Positions 32,531 to 38,490 of a DNA stretch of 38,490 bases are shown here, in pieces. The DNA comes from Candidatus Aenigmatarchaeota archaeon (GTDB lineage Archaea; Aenigmatarchaeota; Aenigmatarchaeia; CG10238-14; JAGHAA01): the NCBI GenBank assembly GCA_021161745.1, contig JAGHAA010000024.1:1-38490 (forward strand), written 5' to 3'. Below the pieces are notes generated by a model. The model saw nothing but the letters and a program-made list of their open reading frames with translations. It did not search any database and had not been told where the DNA came from. The position numbers were made by a program, and so were the translations under genes. Numbering within the stretch: position 1 is the stretch's first letter; every line of letters starts with the position of its first letter.

Positions 32531-32817
32531 TCTGGATGTGCACATGTGGGTATTATAAAATTCCATAAGGTAATTCTTAAAAAATAACTGGGAGAGAAAA
32601 AGTGTATGGTATAGTTGGAGGTTTGCACCTTAAAAACGACAAACAGAAAATAAACAATACGATCAGAAAATTGAAGAAGATAAATCCTACTTACATACTT
32701 CCATGCCATTATACGGGTTATGTTGCTGTTAATAGAATGATAGAAGAATTCAGTGAAGAACGTGTGATAACATCTCCTACAGGAAGTTTTTCAGTAGGTG
32801 AGAAGTGGAGCATATGA
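32531..32817 (+). pseudogene. 5'-truncated, frameshifted remnant of an MBL-fold (COG1237-like) gene, paralogous to 29050..29865
   Basis: The frame starting at 32531 reads SGCAHVGIIKFHKVILKK-stop, matching TGCAHPGIANIVRFVEQKF of the intact paralog. A second frame from about 32590 reads GREKVYGIVGGLHL...LPCHYTG...SVGEKWSI, matching FGKVYLVVGGFHL...MPCHCTG...GVGRILKI. The HxHxDH half is missing. Confidence 0.7.
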
Positions 32818-32874
32818 AAGTTTTGTATGAAGAATGTTGAATAATATGTGTTTTGGAGTGTAGAAAAATTTATA

Positions 32875-32890
32875 TGTCTCACGTGAGACA
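32875..32890. promoter_or_regulatory. perfect 16-bp palindrome TGTCTCACGTGAGACA between a TATA-like box and the 32896 ATG
   Basis: Read directly. AAATTTATA lies immediately upstream and the ATG lies 5 nt downstream. It has the same TGT-NNN-ACGT-NNN-ACA architecture as the thrice-repeated palindrome. Confidence 0.6.
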
Positions 32891-32895
32891 AAATA

Positions 32896-33111
32896 ATGGT
32901 GAGTCAAGTGTTTGTTTTAGTCTTCGACTTCCCAAGAAGCTTGACAACAGAAAGAAGACAGCTAAACAGAATGCTCCACCGTATAGGAGCCAAGCGTTTG
33001 CAAGACTCGCTTTGGAGACACGAAGACCTTAATTCTTTGATGGAAGTTGCGATGTTTATAAAACGGTTTGGCGGAAGTGCAAGAATCTTGGAAGAGAGGT
33101 TCGTTTTCTAA
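32896..33111 (+). CDS. small stand-alone Cas2-like / PaaX-C-like ferredoxin-fold protein (tentative)
   Basis: 71 aa. VFVLVFDFP...ERRQLNRMLHRIGAKRLQDSLWR....LMEVAMFIKRFGGSARILEERFVF follows the beta-alpha-beta-beta-alpha-beta pattern. The 'v.fD.p....rr.l.r.L...G...lq.SvW' signature is that of Cas2-like domains. No CRISPR array or other cas genes are in the window. Confidence 0.35.
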   Translation: MVSQVFVLVFDFPRSLTTERRQLNRMLHRIGAKRLQDSLWRHEDLNSLMEVAMFIKRFGGSARILEERFVF

Positions 33112-33328
33112 GGTAAAGCAACTCTATTATTTTATCAATTATCGGAAAAACAATAATTACAAACGAGTATTTCGATTAAATTTAAAATTAAAGAAGCCTA
33201 AACAATTGATTATGTGCGAGGCAATTATCCAGAAGATAAAAGAATTATTGCTTAGAAAAAAGAAGTCGAAGAAGAAAGCTGGAAAGAAGAGTGCACAGAA
33301 AGGAAAGAGAAAACGAAAGAGATAATAA

Positions 33329-33805
33329 CTAAACTTTCAACTCTCTAACTCTTCTCTCAAAATCTAACTCTTTTAAAATTTTAAACGCACATTTTGGCAC
33401 TAAATCTTCCCACTCCTCGCCTTTAACGATTCTTTCCCTTATAACAGTTCCATGGTAAAGCTCGGGCTTTAAAAAATCTGGGTCTAAAACAGGCTTAATA
33501 CCTTTGAAACATCTTTTTACCCAACCACTTCCGCTTATTACGACGTCGAAATCACCGACTGTATCGAAGATTATCTCTACCCATTTTTTATCGTCATGGA
33601 CATCTGGAATACCATAGACCTTACTTTGAATTCCACATTCTCTTAAGATTCTTACTCTTTCCTCGAAGCTTAGTGGATTTTCAAAATTTCTGACGTTGAT
33701 ACTCCCTATAGCTATGATAACCTCATACTTTTCCATCGCTTTTTTAATCATGTGCAAATGACCTTTATGGAAAGGTTGAAACCTTCCTATGATCAAGGCT
33801 TTCAT
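33329..33805 (-). CDS. nadM: nicotinamide-nucleotide adenylyltransferase (archaeal NadM type)
   Basis: MKALIIGRFQPFHKGHLHMIKKA contains the (H/T)xGH nucleotidyltransferase motif. The protein is 158 aa, with IAIGS and SGSGW motifs. Confidence 0.85.
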   Translation of the reverse strand: MKALIIGRFQPFHKGHLHMIKKAMEKYEVIIAIGSINVRNFENPLSFEERVRILRECGIQSKVYGIPDVHDDKKWVEIIFDTVGDFDVVISGSGWVKRCFKGIKPVLDPDFLKPELYHGTVIRERIVKGEEWEDLVPKCAFKILKELDFERRVRELKV

Positions 33806-33852
33806 AGAATCACGCTATCTTTATATTTACTCTTTTCTCAAAAATATCAAAC

Positions 33853-35181
33853 ATGAAAAAGAAAAAGAAACTTCTTTTCGTCGTTCTTGATGGAGCTGCC
33901 GACAAACCAGTCAAGCAGTACAAAAGAAAAACACCGTTTGAAGTCGCTGACACACCGAATTTGGATTTTTTAGCTTTGCATGGCGTTACAGGGAAGCTCG
34001 ATTTGCTGGGCAAGATACCACCAGAAACGGATAGCGGTGTTTTGGCGTTGTTTGGTTACGACCCTTTTAAACGTGGAAGATGCCGTGCTGTGTTGGAAGC
34101 TTACGCTTTAGGAATTCCGTTTGAGAAAGGAGACGTCGTGATGCGTGGAAACTTTGCGACAGTTGAGGATTCTTACATAGTCGACGTTCGTGCAGGTAGG
34201 ATTCCTGGTAAAGATGCAAAAAAACTCATAGACGATTTGAACAGACAGCTAGAGCTTGAATCGTGGCCGGTTGAGGCAAGGGTATACCATACGTTGAATT
34301 ATCGTTCTATACTCGTTTTACATCCTTTAAAAGGAAAACTGTCAGACCAAATCTCCAACACACATCCTGCGTACTTGAGAAAACCTAAGTACGTTGAAAT
34401 CCCGGTTCCAGTAAAAGGTAAGATGAAACTCAAAAAATGCAGAGCATTGGATGATAAAAAAATGTCAAAGGTCACTGCGAAGTTGGTTAATGAATTCACG
34501 AAGAAATCTATAGAGATACTCGACTCTCATAGGATAAATGAAAAAAGAAAGAAGGAAGGTTTACTTTCAGCCAACGGAATAATACTGCGTGCGGCTGGTA
34601 ATGAATTACCAAAGCTGGATAACTTGGAAGAGAAGTATGGATATTCTTGGTTTTGCTTAGGCGATACGCCTGTAGAAAGAGGTATAGCAAAGCTTCTTGG
34701 CATGGATTTGGTAGAAGATTTACCTGAGCTAAAGATGGAAAGTCTGAAGAAAAACGCAAGCGTGGAAGAAATAAAGAAAGCTGTAAGGAAGGATATGAAA
34801 ATCAGAGTTAAAAAGTTGTTTGAAGTTTGGGACAAGTATGATGCATTTTATCTCCACATAAAAGGTGCTGACCCATTCGGGCATGCTGGCAGACCAGAAG
34901 CGAAGAAAGCTGTCATAGAAGCTTTAGACGAGTTCTTGTTTGGAAAGATTCTCAAAAACATAGACATGGATGAGACTATAGTCTGTGTTACTAGCGACCA
35001 TACTACAGCATGTTCTGCTAGAGCGCATACAGCAGATCCCGTTCCGGTTGTGATAGCTGGGGATGGTTTTAAACCAGACAACGTTAAGAAATTCGGTGAA
35101 AACTATTTCAAAAAAGGAAAGCTTGGCGTCATGAAGGCAACAAAGCTCTTACGTTTATTGATGAAGAAAATGGGTGGTTGA
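33853..35181 (+). CDS. apgM: 2,3-bisphosphoglycerate-independent phosphoglycerate mutase, archaeal ApgM type
   Basis: LLFVVLDGAADKP, TPNLD, ETDSG and TSDHTT...AHTADPVP are alkaline-phosphatase-superfamily metal and Ser motifs typical of ApgM. Confidence 0.85.
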   Translation: MKKKKKLLFVVLDGAADKPVKQYKRKTPFEVADTPNLDFLALHGVTGKLDLLGKIPPETDSGVLALFGYDPFKRGRCRAVLEAYALGIPFEKGDVVMRGNFATVEDSYIVDVRAGRIPGKDAKKLIDDLNRQLELESWPVEARVYHTLNYRSILVLHPLKGKLSDQISNTHPAYLRKPKYVEIPVPVKGKMKLKKCRALDDKKMSKVTAKLVNEFTKKSIEILDSHRINEKRKKEGLLSANGIILRAAGNELPKLDNLEEKYGYSWFCLGDTPVERGIAKLLGMDLVEDLPELKMESLKKNASVEEIKKAVRKDMKIRVKKLFEVWDKYDAFYLHIKGADPFGHAGRPEAKKAVIEALDEFLFGKILKNIDMDETIVCVTSDHTTACSARAHTADPVPVVIAGDGFKPDNVKKFGENYFKKGKLGVMKATKLLRLLMKKMGG

Positions 35182-35182
35182 G

Positions 35183-36322
35183 ATGAAATTTGAAAGGTTG
35201 AAGATTAGAAAAGTTTTGAATACAAAGTCAAACTTAACGATAGAAGTAGAGGGAAAGTTTAACAAAGGAAGAGTAAGGGGTTCTGTGCCAGCAGGCACGA
35301 GTGCTGGCAAACATGAAGTAGTTTCACTCCCAGTAGATAGAGTGATAAGGAAGTTTAAACTTCTGAAAAAGAAGTTTGAAGGTGTTGAATTCAGTTCGTT
35401 GGAAGAAGTCGATAGTTTATTGCATGAAATAGATGGGACGGAGAATTTCAGCAAGATTGGTGGTAACCTAGCTCTTGCTATTTCTTACGTTTTCCTTAAA
35501 GGTTTTGCTCTGAACGAAGGGTTAGAGGTTTTTGAGTACCTTGGTGGGAAGAAACTTCCAAAGCCCTTATGCAACGTTGCTGGGGGCTGGGGTAAGGAGA
35601 GTGAAATACAGGAGTATTTGATTTATCCTAAAGTCCAAAGGTCCATAGCGGCTTCGATTTTCAAGATAGCAGAAGTTTACAGGCAGCTTGGAAAGATGTT
35701 CAAAAAGTATGATAAGACTTTTAACATGGGTAAAAACTATGAATCTGCTTGGGCTGTAAGGTTGGATGCCAAGAAAATCTTAACGATAATTTCAAAGGCT
35801 ATAGAAGGTAAAGGTTTGGTCATTGGCTTGGATGTTGCAGCAAGCGACAGATGGGATGGAAAGACTTACGTTGGGAGGAGCGAAAAAGAGCATTACACGT
35901 TTCTTAAAAGATTAGTAAAGAGATTTGGCATAGGGTATGTTGAAGATCCTTTCCATGAGGATGATTTCGAAACGTTCGCAAAGTTTACAAAAGAGATGAA
36001 AAGAGTTATGGTGTGCGGTGATGATTTACTAGTCACTAACGTCAAACGACTAGAAACTGCGCTGAAGAACAAATCCGTTAACACAGTCTTAGTCAAACCA
36101 AACCAAATAGGAACTGTAAGCGATACGATAGCGTTCGTTAAGATGGCAAAAAAACATGGGTTGAAAACCGTACTCTCACATCGTTCTGGTGAGACAGACG
36201 ACGCCATAATAGCTCATCTTGCTGTAGGACTAGAAACAGACTATGCGAAATTTGGAACGAGTGGAGAGCGTGTAGTTAAGTTGAACGAGTTGATAAGAAT
36301 AGAAGAAAAGATAAAAGGTTAA
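35183..36322 (+). CDS. eno: enolase, short and divergent form
   Basis: Motifs present are PAGTSAGKHE, IDGTENFSKIGGN, QEYLIYP, LDVAASD, VEDPF, CGDDLLVTN, VKPNQIGT, SHRSGETDD and LNELIRIEE. It is only about 380 aa. The ORF track starts at GTG 35174. ATG 35183 follows the apgM stop by 1 nt. Confidence 0.8.
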   Translation: MKFERLKIRKVLNTKSNLTIEVEGKFNKGRVRGSVPAGTSAGKHEVVSLPVDRVIRKFKLLKKKFEGVEFSSLEEVDSLLHEIDGTENFSKIGGNLALAISYVFLKGFALNEGLEVFEYLGGKKLPKPLCNVAGGWGKESEIQEYLIYPKVQRSIAASIFKIAEVYRQLGKMFKKYDKTFNMGKNYESAWAVRLDAKKILTIISKAIEGKGLVIGLDVAASDRWDGKTYVGRSEKEHYTFLKRLVKRFGIGYVEDPFHEDDFETFAKFTKEMKRVMVCGDDLLVTNVKRLETALKNKSVNTVLVKPNQIGTVSDTIAFVKMAKKHGLKTVLSHRSGETDDAIIAHLAVGLETDYAKFGTSGERVVKLNELIRIEEKIKG

Positions 36323-36355
36323 ATTTTTAAACTTCGGTTAAAAAAATTAAACCAT

Positions 36356-36886
36356 ATGGTTAAATTTTTTGAACTACTATCTTCAAGAACGTTGGGAAAA
36401 ATCTTAGATGTTATGCTTGAGAATTCGAACAAAGAGTACAGCTTAAGAGAAATAATAAAGAAGTCCAAAGTTTCAAAGATAACGGCTTTGAACAATCTGA
36501 AGAAGCTATCTAAAATGGATGTAGTAGAGAAAATCAGAAAAAATGATGGAAGAGTGTTTTTTAAAATAAAGAATAACTCGTTAACACATGAGTTAAAACT
36601 GTTGTGGATAGTGTCTCAACTCTATCCGTTCTTTAAGAATGTTGACTATGAGGTTTATCTTTTTGGAAGTTATGCTAATGGCGATTATGATGAAAACAGT
36701 GACATAGACTTGTTGATTTTTCAGAGGAGAACGAAGGAAATTATCAGAACAATAAGAAGGATTGAGAATAAATTGAAGAAGAGAGTTAACGCTATATTCT
36801 ATACACCCATTGAATGGATGAAAGTAAAAAAAGTTAATCCAGGATTTTTTGAGATGGTGGAAAGAAGCAAGGTAAGGATATCATGA
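36356..36886 (+). CDS. winged-helix plus minimal nucleotidyltransferase (MNT) protein, antitoxin-like partner of HEPN
   Basis: YLFGSYANGDYDENSDIDLLIF fits the GSxxxG..x..SDIDLL MNT signature. The N-terminal ~80 aa have a wHTH pattern. It overlaps the HEPN gene by 4 nt. Confidence 0.75.
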   Translation: MVKFFELLSSRTLGKILDVMLENSNKEYSLREIIKKSKVSKITALNNLKKLSKMDVVEKIRKNDGRVFFKIKNNSLTHELKLLWIVSQLYPFFKNVDYEVYLFGSYANGDYDENSDIDLLIFQRRTKEIIRTIRRIENKLKKRVNAIFYTPIEWMKVKKVNPGFFEMVERSKVRIS

Positions 36887-37305
36887 GAGTAGAAGAATTG
36901 GTAAAAAGAGGATTTCTGAAGAGAATAAAACCGGATAAAAGAATGGTGGAACATGAATTAAAAGAGGCTGAGTATGATTTAGAAAAAGCAAAGATTAGCT
37001 ATCAAGAAGGAGATTTTAAGTGGTCTACTATAAAAGCTTACTATACTATGTTTCATGCTGGAAGAGCAATCCTTTTCTCGAGGGGATTTAAAGATAGACG
37101 TCATTTCGCTGTAGGTATGTTCTTAGAAGAACTTGCGAAAAGAGGAGAAATCAAGTTTTCGCTCGTGGACTCTTTCAGGGCTGGTATGTCAGCAAGAGAG
37201 GATGCCGATTACGGTGGCATTTATTTTGAAGATGTCGCATTACAGACTCTTCAGATGGCTGAGGAATTTGTGGAAGAAGTGAAGAAAATTTTATTCAAGA
37301 AGTAG
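36883..37305 (+). CDS. HEPN-domain protein (toxin-like partner of MNT)
   Basis: 140 aa and all-helical. YYTMFHAGRAILFSRGFKDRRHFAV and the AREDADYG motif are typical of HEPN proteins paired with MNT genes. Confidence 0.65.
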   Translation: MRVEELVKRGFLKRIKPDKRMVEHELKEAEYDLEKAKISYQEGDFKWSTIKAYYTMFHAGRAILFSRGFKDRRHFAVGMFLEELAKRGEIKFSLVDSFRAGMSAREDADYGGIYFEDVALQTLQMAEEFVEEVKKILFKK

Positions 37306-37306
37306 A

Positions 37307-37322
37307 TGTTATACGTATAACA
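37307..37322. promoter_or_regulatory. perfect 16-bp palindrome TGTTATACGTATAACA (copy 3 of 3)
   Basis: Read directly. It starts 2 nt after the HEPN stop codon and ends 53 nt before ATG 37375 of the MinD-like gene. Confidence 0.75.
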
Positions 37323-37374
37323 ACGTCCATGATAAACTAATTTATTTTATAGCGATGAATTTTATTTGAGAAGC

Positions 37375-38154
37375 ATGCCTTTACCAAGAATAATAGCGAT
37401 AACGTCAGGAAAGGGTGGTGTAGGCAAAACGACAGTTTCTGTAAACCTTTCTGCAACACTCGTAAACTACTTTAAAAAGAAAGTGACGATAATCGATGCT
37501 AACGTAACCACTCCTCATCTAGCTCTTCATTTTGGTATTTACAAATACGACGCAACTCTTAACGATGTCTTGCGTGGGAGAGCAGACTTGTCTGATGCCT
37601 CTATACTTCATCCTAGTGGGATACAGATAATCCCGGCTTCTTTGAACCTCACCGATTTAGTCGGAGTAGATATAGCGACTCTTGGGGATGTGTTGAAGGA
37701 CATGTTACCTACAGAGGATTTCATCATAATAGATTCTGCTCCAGGATTTGGAAAGGAAGCAGTATCTGCTTTAAAGGCTTGTGAAGAAGCTATTATCGTT
37801 TCTACGCCGACTGTACCAGCTATAATGGATGCTATCAAAGCGAAAAAAGTTCTGCAGGAGCTTGGTGTCGAAAATCTAGGGCTTGTTTTGAACAAAGTAA
37901 TGGGAAGAAAGTATGAGTTGAAAAGGAGTGAAATAACTGAGCTCATAGACCTTCCAGTCTTGGCAGAAATACCATTCGATGAGAAATTTCAGGAAGCTTT
38001 GGCGGCAAAGATGCCCTTAATCCTTTACGATAGAAAATCACCCACAACTCTTCAATTCCTAGAACTAGCATCAATTCTTACTGGAGAAAAGTACGAAATG
38101 CCAAGGTTAAGTATATGGGCAAGGATCAGGAAACTTTTCTGGAAGTTTTCTTAA
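37375..38154 (+). CDS. minD: MinD/ParA-family P-loop ATPase
   Basis: The deviant Walker A is SGKGGVGKTT and Walker B is IIIDSAPG. The ORF track starts at TTG 37366, but ATG 37375 is more likely. Confidence 0.75.
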   Translation: MPLPRIIAITSGKGGVGKTTVSVNLSATLVNYFKKKVTIIDANVTTPHLALHFGIYKYDATLNDVLRGRADLSDASILHPSGIQIIPASLNLTDLVGVDIATLGDVLKDMLPTEDFIIIDSAPGFGKEAVSALKACEEAIIVSTPTVPAIMDAIKAKKVLQELGVENLGLVLNKVMGRKYELKRSEITELIDLPVLAEIPFDEKFQEALAAKMPLILYDRKSPTTLQFLELASILTGEKYEMPRLSIWARIRKLFWKFS

Positions 38155-38159
38155 ACTTG

Positions 38160-38462
38160 CTACTTTTGTTCGACCTTTTTCTTTGCTAAAAGCTTTTTCC
38201 TCAGTTTTTCAAGAATTTCCTCTTGCTTAACTTCTTGTACGTACCTTTCTTTCAAGTAGCAGAGCTTTGCCACTCCTACTTTCCTTTGGTATATTACACC
38301 CGCTCCTAGTAGTTCATGTATATACTTAGTTGCTGTAAGCCTACTCATACCAGATAACTTGGCTATCTTTTGTATAGTCAAACCTTCGGGATGCATCTTT
38401 AAGATTTCCATTATAACCTTTCTAGGGTCTTTTTTTAACTGCTTACTCATACAATCTACCAT
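38160..38462 (-). CDS. winged-helix transcriptional regulator with a basic coiled C-terminal tail
   Basis: LTIQKIAKLSGMSRLTATKYIHELLGAGVI is an HTH followed by a beta-wing (YQRKVGVAKLCY). The gene is convergent with the MinD-like gene. Confidence 0.6.
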   Translation of the reverse strand: MVDCMSKQLKKDPRKVIMEILKMHPEGLTIQKIAKLSGMSRLTATKYIHELLGAGVIYQRKVGVAKLCYLKERYVQEVKQEEILEKLRKKLLAKKKVEQK

Positions 38463-38490
38463 TTTTTAGCATTACTATTAAATATTTATG

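Noticed and set aside
33068-33211. The long form of the 85-aa ORF that starts inside the Cas2-like gene.
   Set aside because: Its first 15 codons overlap the preceding ORF out of frame and the middle is N/K/Y low-complexity. Only the terminal basic micro-ORF was kept, as a low-interest note.
33810-34013. A 67-aa minus-strand ORF over the apgM start.
   Set aside because: It overlaps the conserved ApgM N-terminus and the nadM/apgM promoter, and has no motifs.
1-38490. A search for rRNA, tRNA, CRISPR arrays, IS elements, transposases, integrases and prophage genes.
   Set aside because: There are no GC-rich structured stretches, which thermophile RNA genes in AT-rich genomes normally show. There are no regularly spaced direct repeats and no recombinase-like ORFs. 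The only mobile element recognised is the intein.

Overview
AT-rich (roughly 35-40% GC by eye), very gene-dense archaeal chromosome segment. The archaeal call rests on archaeal-type GAPDH, PGK, short TIM, ApgM, class IA FBP aldolase, NMN adenylyltransferase and cupin PGI. The K/E/I-rich proteins suggest a thermophile. GTG/TTG starts and GGAGG-type Shine-Dalgarno sites are frequent. There are no rRNA, tRNA, CRISPR, transposase or integrase genes, so taxonomy cannot be fixed from this window. Four blocks stand out. (1) 1-14.1 kb plus 33.8-36.3 kb hold an unusually complete glycogen and Embden-Meyerhof gene set: glycogen synthase fragment, two GH57 enzymes, cupin PGI, intein-interrupted PEP synthase, FBP aldolase, PfkB kinase, an RHH-nucleotidyltransferase fusion, ROK glucokinase, TIM, PGK, GAPDH, ApgM and a short divergent enolase. 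(2) 14-21.5 kb is a redox, transport and repair block: Cys-less TrxR-like flavoprotein, NAD(P)HX dehydratase, DUF4430 plus an ECF-S-like membrane protein, MFS transporter, thioredoxin with a divergent HTH gene, and family-4 UDG. (3) 21.5-27.5 kb is a metal and Fe-S island: two-gene SufCB, CbiMQO, FeoAB and DUF59. (4) 27.45-31.85 kb is the best candidate for an uncharacterised system. It is a translationally coupled 8-gene operon: an extremely Trp/Arg/Gly-rich DUF5320-like protein, two NifX-like proteins (one fused to the same linker and coiled-coil module), an MBL-fold protein, an RG-repeat zinc-ribbon protein and two MinD-type ATPases with inserted ferredoxin domains. A divergent DUF134 regulator and a duplicated 22-nt operator-like repeat sit upstream. 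A perfect 14-16 bp palindrome, GTTATACGTATAAC, recurs three times in intergenic DNA and probably defines a small regulon. Other features are a decayed stretch (MBL pseudogene, orphan Cas2-like ORF behind its own 16-bp palindrome), a HEPN-MNT pair and a MinD-like ATPase. All family assignments come from motif recognition by eye, not from database searches.
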